Below, in pieces: positions 28,351-36,922 of a stretch of 64,000 nt of DNA. Where the stretch lies: positions 259,245 through 323,244 of the forward strand of contig OY762964.1 in assembly GCA_963667035.1 (NCBI GenBank), in the 5' to 3' direction. The DNA is from Candidatus Cloacimonadales bacterium. GTDB taxonomy: Bacteria > Cloacimonadota > Cloacimonadia > Cloacimonadales > JAFGVF01. The notes beneath the pieces are model-generated. The model worked only from the letters and a program-made list of their open reading frames with translations. It had not been told where the DNA came from and did not search any database. Position 1 is the first letter of the stretch, and each line of letters starts with the position of its first letter. The translations under genes and the position numbers were made by a program.

Positions 28351-29229
28351 TTACCACCATAACTCAGGATTATACTTGCTTTCAAGTTCATCCTCAAACT
28401 TGTTAGGAAGTCGTTCAAAGAAATCAATTCCTGTTAGTCTCTCGACTTCATCGACACTCATAGAATAAGCTTTCAGAGCTTTTTCTCCTTTCTTATTAGG
28501 GATTACAAGTCCAATAGCTTTAATCTCAGGTTCCTGTATATCAAGGATAACTTTATAGTAACTATCTGGGACAGTAACTTTGTTATCTCCAATAGTTTTC
28601 TTAAGTTCATCAGTTAAGATCGGACCGGTAACAATAAACAGCTTACTATCTTTATCCGCCCATTTTCTAACTTGTAACTCCAAATCCTTCCATATTCCCC
28701 TGTTAAAGCGGGGTTTCTGGGGACTCATATTGCTCATGAAGAAAGATTCACTCATTGCCTGGTCAGACCATTTCATGTCCGCAGCAGGAGCTAGATGTCC
28801 TCTGTCATACCCTGAGTTTTTATAATCTTTCACATTTGCGGAGTGAGTTGAAACAGATTTATCGGCTCTAAAGTTATCTTTGCGTTTTGCATTACCACTC
28901 AAATGTTCTTTTGTTAGTAAATAAGCAACCCAATCAGCCTGTTCATGTTTCTCATCATATTGAAGGGAATAAGCATAATGCTTAATAATCTCTTTGCCTG
29001 CTTCTTTTTTGGGGAAAAGATAGGTTTCGTAATCGGATTGATTAAGACTGGAGAACTTGAAATCAGTATCTATTTTAGCTAGTTCTTTTAACTCTTCGAC
29101 CTGTTCGGAAGATGAAATTCGGTCGAAAACCTTATTTACCCGACCGGGATTTACTATGTAATAAGCGACTGCTAATACAATCGCTAACCAAATGACAGGT
29201 CGTTTACTCTTATGCTTGCTCATTTGCAC
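28351..29229 (-). CDS. secreted/membrane-anchored DNA/RNA non-specific endonuclease (NucA / EndoG family)
   Basis: N-terminal TM/signal segment. Catalytic DRGHLAPAADM and downstream SNMSPQ motifs. Confidence 0.85.
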   Translation of the reverse strand: MQMSKHKSKRPVIWLAIVLAVAYYIVNPGRVNKVFDRISSSEQVEELKELAKIDTDFKFSSLNQSDYETYLFPKKEAGKEIIKHYAYSLQYDEKHEQADWVAYLLTKEHLSGNAKRKDNFRADKSVSTHSANVKDYKNSGYDRGHLAPAADMKWSDQAMSESFFMSNMSPQKPRFNRGIWKDLELQVRKWADKDSKLFIVTGPILTDELKKTIGDNKVTVPDSYYKVILDIQEPEIKAIGLVIPNKKGEKALKAYSMSVDEVERLTGIDFFERLPNKFEDELESKYNPELWW

Positions 29230-29257
29230 TCCCGAAAGAATTCATATTTCTACAATT

Positions 29258-29285
29258 ATTATACTTGATAGAGCTTATATGTCAA
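29258..29285 (-). promoter_or_regulatory. sigma70-consensus-like promoter of the endonuclease gene
   Basis: Minus strand TTGACA-16 nt-TATAAT, with the -10 about 29 nt upstream of the ATG and a GGGAG RBS in between. Confidence 0.5.
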
Positions 29286-29434
29286 TATTAATATTAACTA
29301 TTAGCTCTGATAGTACAGAGTAACGTTTTTCAGAATGAGAAGTTTTGCTATTACTCAGATTTTCTTTAACAGCATGAAAATACTGTTCAGGGGATTTGGT
29401 GTAGAATTCAATTAATAGTTTTTCCTGCTTTACG

Positions 29435-29568
29435 CTCCCTTACAACACACGGGACTTACTCGGGAATCACACGGGACTTTACCCGAGAAATTCCCGGGAT
29501 TTTCTCGAACAATTTCCGAAAGAATCCCGAGCGTTGTAAGAGACTGCAGAGAGAACATTCTCCGGTTT
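29435..29568. repeat. intergenic repeat/palindrome element (copy B) with about 22-nt periodic units
   Basis: CTCCCTTACAAC (29435-29446) is complementary to GTTGTAAGAG (29533-29542) and encloses four roughly 22-nt units. The first two are CACACGGGACTTACTCGGGA and CACACGGGACTTTACCCGAGA. TTCTCCGGTTT (29558-29568) is identical to 62320-62330. Confidence 0.5.
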
Positions 29569-29586
29569 TGAAACTAGTAAGAAATG

Positions 29587-30489
29587 CTATCTCTTTTTAG
29601 ATGTAATCTGTATTAGAATGCCGTTCATAATGTGGTGTGATATTAAGTAGAAAACCGTTGGTATAGCGGCTATAGGTGAGAATAGGCTAACACAAATCAT
29701 GATTGATAGCAATGTATTTTTGTGTCCCAAAGCAACGGGTAGAGTTCTTTGCATAATCGGATTCTTTCTTGAGACAATATATCCGAAACCATATAAGAAA
29801 AGGGTAATAATAAATGTTGAAAGAAACAAGATAACAACCTCATGAAAAGGAGTCTCACGAATCTTTAAACTGGCAGATGATACTGCAACCATTACCATAA
29901 ATATCTGTAAGATGTTCTTTCTCGAATCAATATGCAGGATTATCCAGTTCTTAGTCTTCTTGTAATGCTTAACTATCAGTGCCAATATCATAGGGATGAA
30001 TACTACAATGACTACTCTCATAAGTATATCTATTGTTGGAATTTTAATACCTTCATTACGGAATAACAGAGTTGGAATGAAAGAAAAAGTTAATGGTGAA
30101 AGGAGATTGTATATAACGACATTGCTCATCATAAACTCAAGATTACCCCTTGTGATAGATATAATAATGGGTGAGCCTAAAGCTGGTGGAGTTATGACAG
30201 CGAAAAGTAATCCTATTCTGTAATCATTGGCTATTCCATTCGTTGCAAAGAAAACTAAAAGAGGTAGAACCAACCAATTGAAGATAGGGAAGAGGAGTAA
30301 GTTAGGATTTATGAAATGTTCAGGCTTGAAATCTACTCTTAAGAAGCTACAGAATAAAAGTAAGAGCAGAATGTAAAAGATTAATTGTTTAAAAACTGCT
30401 AATTGAGGAAAGACAAGCCCTATTATACAGGAAATAATAAGAAATATACCTGTATACTGCTTTATGAAAGCTTCTATCTTGTAAAACAT
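29587..30489 (-). CDS. polytopic membrane transporter (BASS / ACR3-like; family assignment tentative)
   Basis: 300 aa with about 9-10 hydrophobic helices. Size and topology resemble bile acid:sodium symporter-fold transporters. Confidence 0.45.
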   Translation of the reverse strand: MFYKIEAFIKQYTGIFLIISCIIGLVFPQLAVFKQLIFYILLLLLFCSFLRVDFKPEHFINPNLLLFPIFNWLVLPLLVFFATNGIANDYRIGLLFAVITPPALGSPIIISITRGNLEFMMSNVVIYNLLSPLTFSFIPTLLFRNEGIKIPTIDILMRVVIVVFIPMILALIVKHYKKTKNWIILHIDSRKNILQIFMVMVAVSSASLKIRETPFHEVVILFLSTFIITLFLYGFGYIVSRKNPIMQRTLPVALGHKNTLLSIMICVSLFSPIAAIPTVFYLISHHIMNGILIQITSKKR

Positions 30490-30491
30490 TC

Positions 30492-31256
30492 TCAGAATTT
30501 AACGATGTCTTGATTTAAATAATCAAGGCAATCTTCTATTGGAATGAGTAACTTGATTTCTCCTTCAGAATAGGGAGCAACTTCATAAGGATTATAAATG
30601 AAGCAAAGAAACTGCTTTGATATAGAGAAATTCTCTGAAAGCTTAAATTTATTGTTTTCAAATTGATAGATTGTGTCTTCCAATCTCACGTCAGGAGCTA
30701 ATCCTTTCTCCTTAACAAAAAATCTGTAGGCAATATCGGCGATGGCCTTAATATCTGTTACTATATCCGTGATAACAAGTTCATGGGCGGAAGCAGTGTC
30801 ATAAGTCTTAAGTATTTTATAAGAGTTATCGTGAGCTCCTCCGGCATACGAAGATTCCATTGTAATAATTGTGACCGTAGAGTTAGTCCACGCATAGAAA
30901 CCGGAATAACGATCTATGTACCAATCAGGAATATCGTCGTCAAAATCGGTAACAAAATCATAGTATTCTTTTTGGAAATTATCATAATATAATGTTGTGT
31001 TATCTTTAGAACTGAGAGCATTATTCTTTATCAGCTTATTAAGCTTTACTAGAGAAGGATACCCCTCTATTTCAGGAAGGAACACAGCTTTTGCTTCCAT
31101 TTTTAGATTTAATGAATCAGGGGATTCGTATGAATATAAGGTTTCAACTTCTCCCAAATTCTTAAATAAGTATTCGTCTAAAGGAGGATAATAGCTTTTT
31201 TTGTTACAAGCTGTAACAACTAATATCAAGAACAAAATCGGGATTAATCTTTTCAT
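30492..31256 (-). CDS. DUF3298/DUF4163-type lipoprotein (RsiV/PdaC C-terminal domain-like)
   Basis: Lipobox LILVVTACNK after MKRLIPILF. ESSYAGGAHDNSYKILKTYD matches the YxGGAHG motif of DUF3298. Start set at the ATG at 31256. Confidence 0.7.
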   Translation of the reverse strand: MKRLIPILFLILVVTACNKKSYYPPLDEYLFKNLGEVETLYSYESPDSLNLKMEAKAVFLPEIEGYPSLVKLNKLIKNNALSSKDNTTLYYDNFQKEYYDFVTDFDDDIPDWYIDRYSGFYAWTNSTVTIITMESSYAGGAHDNSYKILKTYDTASAHELVITDIVTDIKAIADIAYRFFVKEKGLAPDVRLEDTIYQFENNKFKLSENFSISKQFLCFIYNPYEVAPYSEGEIKLLIPIEDCLDYLNQDIVKF

Positions 31257-31258
31257 AA

Positions 31259-32506
31259 CTACTCCGCTATCGAAACAGATTCTGCTGCAAGCCAAGCTGT
31301 CGACCATGCAATCTGAAGATTGTAACCTCCGGTATCAGCATCAAGATCCAGTAACTCGCCAATCACGTATAAACCCGGGATTAGTTTTGATTCCATAGTG
31401 GATTGTTGGATTTCCTTTAGACTAACACCACCGGCAGTTATAATTGCCTCTTCAATACTTCTTGTTGATTTAACCTTAAATCGTAAATCCTTACAGAAGC
31501 GATGCAGTCTGATTCTCTCTTTTGCTGTGATTTGACTGACAGGTTTGTTAAGTGGCACTGAAATTCTCTTTGAACAGAATGGGACGACTTTCCCGGGGAA
31601 TAGTGTTCTTAAAACTGATTCAAACTGGCGTTTATTCTTATCTTCGAACTCTCTTAGAAGTCTGGCTTTCAATTTCTCATCGTCGAGGGCAGGCTTGAAA
31701 TCAATACTAATCTCAACTTCCTTTCCTTCAGATAAATATCTACTAACATATCGACTCAAAGTTAATATAATTGGTCCTGTCAAACCAAAATGGGCAAAAA
31801 GCATTTCTCCGAATTCGCTCTTAACTTTCTTACCATCAATGTAGATTGAAGCACTAACATTTTTTAAACTAACACCCATTACATCCTCAACATCAGTTTC
31901 AACAGTGTTAAGCGGCACTAAAGAGGGAAGTATAGGATTAATGGTATGACCGTGAGCGGCTAGTATATTATAGCCTGAACCGTCTGTTCCTGTTAGAGGA
32001 TAAGATGCTCCCCCTGTTGCAAGGATGACTTGATTAGCATAATGATGATTACCTTCAGTGTCAATTATACCAACTAACTTGTCTTCATGAAATAGTAAGT
32101 CTTCTATTGTCGTGTCATTAAGGATTTTAACATCATTATGAAGATTCCAGAAAAACAGAGCATCAACAATATCTTGTGCTTTGTCTGATTCCGGAAAGAA
32201 TCTTCCACCTCGTTCTTCCTTAACGGGAATGTCTAGAGTGTTTTCCACTAAGGATATCATGTCTTTGTTAAAGAATTTCTTGAAGGCAGGATACAAGAAT
32301 TTCGGATTAGGCTCAATATGTTCCATGAATTCTCTAAGAGAAGCTGAATTAGTAATGTTACATCTACCTTTACCCGTTATTCTTAACTTACGTCCGCATT
32401 TCCCCATTTTTTCTATAATGAGAACTTTAGCACCTCTTTCGGCAGCATGACCGGCAGCTAACAAGCCGGCAGCTCCTCCACCTGCAACTATTACATCATA
32501 TCTCAT
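31259..32506 (-). CDS. HI0933/BaiN-like NAD(P)/FAD-dependent oxidoreductase
   Basis: YDVIVAGGGAAGLLAAG...GRKLRITGKGRCNITN, characteristic of the HI0933 family. Confidence 0.85.
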   Translation of the reverse strand: MRYDVIVAGGGAAGLLAAGHAAERGAKVLIIEKMGKCGRKLRITGKGRCNITNSASLREFMEHIEPNPKFLYPAFKKFFNKDMISLVENTLDIPVKEERGGRFFPESDKAQDIVDALFFWNLHNDVKILNDTTIEDLLFHEDKLVGIIDTEGNHHYANQVILATGGASYPLTGTDGSGYNILAAHGHTINPILPSLVPLNTVETDVEDVMGVSLKNVSASIYIDGKKVKSEFGEMLFAHFGLTGPIILTLSRYVSRYLSEGKEVEISIDFKPALDDEKLKARLLREFEDKNKRQFESVLRTLFPGKVVPFCSKRISVPLNKPVSQITAKERIRLHRFCKDLRFKVKSTRSIEEAIITAGGVSLKEIQQSTMESKLIPGLYVIGELLDLDADTGGYNLQIAWSTAWLAAESVSIAE

Positions 32507-34635
32507 AAATCAATGCCTAGAATATTCATAATGAAAGCATATTGAAAAGCCAATTCTTCGAAGTATTGATAGCGTCCCGAAGCTCCTTGATGTCCGGACA
32601 TGTTAGTCCTAAGTAATAAAACGTTCTTGTCAGTCTTCATATATCTTAGTTTGGCAACCCATTTAGCCGGTTCCCAGTAGTTTACTCTAGGGTCATAAAA
32701 TCCTGCTATAACAAGCATGTGTGGATAATTACTTGTTCTTACATTGGTATAAGGACAGTAAGAACTCATATAGTCAAAATACTTATCCTCTCCGGGATTT
32801 CCCCATTCTTCATATTCTGCTACAGTTGCAACTAAGGTAGTATCCAACATTGTGTTTATAATATCAACAAAAGGCACTTCAGCGATAGCTATCTCGCTAA
32901 TATCAGGACGTTGATTTAAAACAGCACCGATTAGCAAGCCTCCGGCACTTCCACCATCAATAACCAGTTTCTTGCGAGAGGTATAATTAGTTTTGACCAG
33001 ATAATCACAACATGCAATGAAATCATTAAAAGTATTCTTTTTATTAAGAAGTCTACCGGCATTGTACCAACTATCACCGTTTTCTCCACCACCACGAATA
33101 TGAGCGATAGCATAAACAAATCCACGGTCAAGAAGACTAAGACGACTAGAAGAGAAGTAAGGTTCACTAATAGTTCCATAAGCTCCATAGCCTTCCAAAT
33201 ATAGTGGATTACTTCCATTCTTTTTAAACAATTGTTTGTTATAAACCAATGAAATGGGGATTAGGGTTCCATCATCGGCTTTAGCATATATCTTTTCAGA
33301 TTCATAATTATTCTGGTCATAGCCGGAAGGAATCTCCCTTTTCTTTAACACCTTTCTCGATTTAGTTAACAGGTCATACTGATAGGCTATTTCAGGAGTA
33401 GTGAGAGATTCATAACTATATCTGAGACTAGTTGTGAAGAAGTCAGGATTTCCATGAGTATAATAAGTATAAGCAGGATCATCAAAATCAATATAATATT
33501 TTTCATTACTAATAAAATCATGAATTTTCATCATCATCTTACCGTCAATAATCTCATTAAGAACCATGAATCTATCGAACAATTCAAAATAATCAAGGAA
33601 AATACTTGAGTCTTCTCTAACGAGTTCTTTCCAGTTTTCATAATCCGGATTATCTGATTCTACAGTCATAAGTCTGTAGTTAGGTGCATTGTCATTTGTT
33701 AGGATATAGAATAGTCCATCTTTATGTGATAATGAATACTGTATACCGCTAATCCTTTGTCTCAATAACTTAAAACTAGGATTTATTGCATTAGCATCTG
33801 CGTAATAAATTTCATCTGTAATCTTGCTACTGGATCCGGCTATAAGATAACTCTTATCTTTTGTTTTGTATAACCAGACAAGATATTTAGCATCATCTTC
33901 TTTCAACAAAAGAGCATCGTCTTCTTGTTTATCTCCAAGTCGATGTCTATATAGCGAGTCAGTGTAATTCTCTATTTGATTGTCTTTTGTATAATAGATA
34001 TATTTACTATCATTACTCCACTCTACAGATGAGATTGAAGAGAGTGTATCAGGTAGGATTTTGCCATTTGCAATGTTCAGTACAACCAAATCATATATCT
34101 CTTCTCCGGTAGAATCATAAGCATAAGCAACAAGTTTATGATTAGGACTGACTGCGATTACATCAAGAGAAAAGTAATCATGCCCTTTTGCAAGCTTGTT
34201 TATATCAATAATAATCTCTTCCGGTGATTCCATGGAGTCCTTACGTCGGCAATAGATAGAGTAATCCTTGCCTGCTTCTTCTCTCATGTAATAGAAGTAA
34301 CAATCGCGTTGAACAGGTAAGGATAAATCATCCTCATTCATTCTGGAAATCATTTCTTTGTACAGTTTATCTTGATTATCTACTGTAGGCTCCATGATCT
34401 TACTTGTATAAATGTTCTCTTGTTCTATGTAAGATATTACTCCCTCATTAGTTCTGGACTTATCCTTTAACCAATGATATGGATCTCTGATATAGTGATT
34501 ATTTACTCTCTCGTAATAATCTGTACGCTTAGCTTTTGGAGGGGTTACTACACGTGCTAAATCTGATATATCAACTGCTCTTAGAATTGTTAATCCTAAG
34601 AGCAGTGAAGCTAAAATTATAAGCTTTCTATTCAT
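32503..34635 (-). CDS. S9A family serine peptidase (oligopeptidase B / prolyl oligopeptidase-like), secreted
   Basis: Signal peptide, beta-propeller region, catalytic GGSAGGLL serine motif and a C-terminal ..SGHQG.. histidine region. Confidence 0.8.
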   Translation of the reverse strand: MNRKLIILASLLLGLTILRAVDISDLARVVTPPKAKRTDYYERVNNHYIRDPYHWLKDKSRTNEGVISYIEQENIYTSKIMEPTVDNQDKLYKEMISRMNEDDLSLPVQRDCYFYYMREEAGKDYSIYCRRKDSMESPEEIIIDINKLAKGHDYFSLDVIAVSPNHKLVAYAYDSTGEEIYDLVVLNIANGKILPDTLSSISSVEWSNDSKYIYYTKDNQIENYTDSLYRHRLGDKQEDDALLLKEDDAKYLVWLYKTKDKSYLIAGSSSKITDEIYYADANAINPSFKLLRQRISGIQYSLSHKDGLFYILTNDNAPNYRLMTVESDNPDYENWKELVREDSSIFLDYFELFDRFMVLNEIIDGKMMMKIHDFISNEKYYIDFDDPAYTYYTHGNPDFFTTSLRYSYESLTTPEIAYQYDLLTKSRKVLKKREIPSGYDQNNYESEKIYAKADDGTLIPISLVYNKQLFKKNGSNPLYLEGYGAYGTISEPYFSSSRLSLLDRGFVYAIAHIRGGGENGDSWYNAGRLLNKKNTFNDFIACCDYLVKTNYTSRKKLVIDGGSAGGLLIGAVLNQRPDISEIAIAEVPFVDIINTMLDTTLVATVAEYEEWGNPGEDKYFDYMSSYCPYTNVRTSNYPHMLVIAGFYDPRVNYWEPAKWVAKLRYMKTDKNVLLLRTNMSGHQGASGRYQYFEELAFQYAFIMNILGIDL

Positions 34636-34637
34636 AG

Positions 34638-36779
34638 TTATTTAATGATAATTGCCTTTGTTGATGTTGATTGGGTAGGGGAGTTCAGTTTAACAAAATA
34701 AATACCGGAACTAAGTTTTGCTGACCATTTAATCTCACTGATTCCCTTGTTAATGTTACCTTTAAAGATTTTGTCTACAAGTTGTCCTTTTACGTTGTAA
34801 ACTCCAATCGTTGCTTCGTTTATCGAATTATCAGTTTTTACTTTAAGAGTTGATAAACTAATCATAGGATTAGGATAGATACTCATGGATATCTGAGGAA
34901 TTACAGATTGAATGTTTTCATCATTATCGACACCTGCGAACAAATGGAATCCAAGATGAGAAAAGTCATCTGACTCATAAACATCCCACTCGCCATTATT
35001 TAGAGGGTCTGCTTGTCCTGCATGAGGAGTACTAACATGTAGTTTTCTTACTAATGTAACATTCTGAGCAAAGTTTGTGTCTCCTGAAATTCCTATCCTA
35101 TCAAGTTCTTCTCCGTTCTTTAGCAACCTGATTTGATCGTTTCCATTAAAATTGATTACTCCGTTGTTTGTAGCATCAGCTAAATATACCAAATCCTGAC
35201 TTGCTTGAGAATTTGCTATAACTATAACATCATTATGACCTAGAGTTCCGGATAAAATATATGTGTTACCGAATTCATCATTACCGTTAACATCTTTCTC
35301 AAGACTATATTGTGATAGGTCAATTGGCATTCCGGTTCCGTTATAAATCTCCAAAGCTTTGTTATAACTACTTCCTTCAACATACTCAGAGATTATTAGG
35401 TCTGTAGTAAAATACATAGAACCCGCTTCTGTTGTTACTGACATAATATTTGAATACTCGCCATATGTATTATTATGGAAAGCTCTTACTCTATAGTAGT
35501 ATGTGCTGGCAGGATATATGCCTGTAACTTCTATATGTTGATCATCAACTAGTAAGCCTTGATAACCGTTTACGTAAGTTGTAAAGGTATTATCGGTTGC
35601 AAGCTCGAATGAGTAAGAGTCAACTGTAGCTGATGATTGCCATTCTGCTCTAAAGCTATTGGATTCAACATTTATTGGGTTTAGGAGATTTATCTCAGGT
35701 AAGTCATTATCAATGATATTTAAGAGGAAAGTTGAAATAGGACCAGGTCCAGGATTGTTAGAACCGGTGAAATTTCGTAAACCGAATTGTATAGCTTCTG
35801 AACCTTCTACTAATGAATCATCGGTGATATCTATACTAATTGTCTGAGCTTCCTCTGAGTTTGCAGGGAAGACCACAACTTGAGGAGTAAAACCGTCTAC
35901 ATCAGAATTGTCACCGGATATGATATAGACTTCAACTGATGTTTGCTCATCTCCCGGATTAATTAGATTCAAGTTTACATTAATGCTACCATAACTCTCA
36001 GGAAGTGAGATTGAATTCATTGAAAATTGAATCACAGTGTTAGGAGAAGTTGAACCCCAAATATAATCAATATACTCAGGATGGTCAACAAATGGATTTC
36101 TGTTGTTTTGGTACCCCCAAATATCATCATTTCGTTGTTGCTCTGAAACATCTACGGGATCTAGAGCATTCCATTCCAATAGAGTATTCAGCATATCAAT
36201 TCCACCTCTAGTTAATGATTCATTGTATCTGACATTGAAATAAAGTAAAGCTCTTGCTAAGTTACCTTTATGTTGATCTGCAGGCTCGAAGCATGTTGTC
36301 CCATTGATATTAGCACCTCTTTTGCTAACATATCCGTTAGCTGAAGAATACGTGTTACCTACACTTGTAACATTATCAAATGGAAGGTTACCTCTTGATG
36401 AGTTAACAGTACTGTTTGACGGGAAAAGATGATGAATGTCAGCTTTTTTAGTAGTTGACTCACTTGAACCAAACCAGCTCTGAGCAAAAGTATGTTCACA
36501 GTTCAAATAAGTTTGATTTGGCATGGTACCTTGAGGTACACTATAATCTTGTCCTGTATATACACATCTGACGGTATTGTTGTGATTATCAATATATCCA
36601 AACATCTCATCTTTTGCACCATCGTAGCTTGTGTTGTGATTAGTTGAAATTATAGAATGCAATCCATTTCTTAGAGCTTCTCCCGTAAGCCCTGAAACAC
36701 TGTCATAATAGCCATTAGGCTCGGCAATTAATAATGTAAGACTAACTACCATTAGTAATAAAATGAAGATCTTTTTCAT
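34638..36779 (-). CDS. secreted endonuclease I family nuclease with FN3, lamin-tail-like and T9SS C-terminal domains
   Basis: CEHTFAQSW and DIHHLFPSNSTVNSSRGNLPF (Endonuclease_1 motifs). FN3-like STYYYRVRAF. C-terminus GIYFVKLNSPTQSTSTKAIIIK. Confidence 0.8.
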   Translation of the reverse strand: MKKIFILLLMVVSLTLLIAEPNGYYDSVSGLTGEALRNGLHSIISTNHNTSYDGAKDEMFGYIDNHNNTVRCVYTGQDYSVPQGTMPNQTYLNCEHTFAQSWFGSSESTTKKADIHHLFPSNSTVNSSRGNLPFDNVTSVGNTYSSANGYVSKRGANINGTTCFEPADQHKGNLARALLYFNVRYNESLTRGGIDMLNTLLEWNALDPVDVSEQQRNDDIWGYQNNRNPFVDHPEYIDYIWGSTSPNTVIQFSMNSISLPESYGSINVNLNLINPGDEQTSVEVYIISGDNSDVDGFTPQVVVFPANSEEAQTISIDITDDSLVEGSEAIQFGLRNFTGSNNPGPGPISTFLLNIIDNDLPEINLLNPINVESNSFRAEWQSSATVDSYSFELATDNTFTTYVNGYQGLLVDDQHIEVTGIYPASTYYYRVRAFHNNTYGEYSNIMSVTTEAGSMYFTTDLIISEYVEGSSYNKALEIYNGTGMPIDLSQYSLEKDVNGNDEFGNTYILSGTLGHNDVIVIANSQASQDLVYLADATNNGVINFNGNDQIRLLKNGEELDRIGISGDTNFAQNVTLVRKLHVSTPHAGQADPLNNGEWDVYESDDFSHLGFHLFAGVDNDENIQSVIPQISMSIYPNPMISLSTLKVKTDNSINEATIGVYNVKGQLVDKIFKGNINKGISEIKWSAKLSSGIYFVKLNSPTQSTSTKAIIIK

Positions 36780-36865
36780 TTAAAACCTCTTATTCCTTTT
36801 CTCTTGAGTTTAAGCTAAAACTTCGATGAATAACGTCAATAAAAACTATAACTACCTTGTTTGCA

Positions 36866-36897
36866 GACAAAAAGAAACCGCATGTACATGCGGTTTC
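36866..36897 (-). terminator. rho-independent terminator
   Basis: 10-bp stem GAAACCGCAT / ATGCGGTTTC with a GTAC loop, followed on the minus strand by TTTTTG. Confidence 0.7.
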
Positions 36898-36922
36898 TAT
36901 AGAGTGCTATTTATGTTTATTC

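Noticed and set aside
20635-29229. Whether the giant-gene neighbourhood is a classical defence island or prophage
   Set aside because: There is no integrase, no phage structural or replication genes, and no restriction-modification, CRISPR or toxin-antitoxin genes. There is no obvious compositional shift. The flanks are dapF/dapB/queC and pdxK housekeeping genes.
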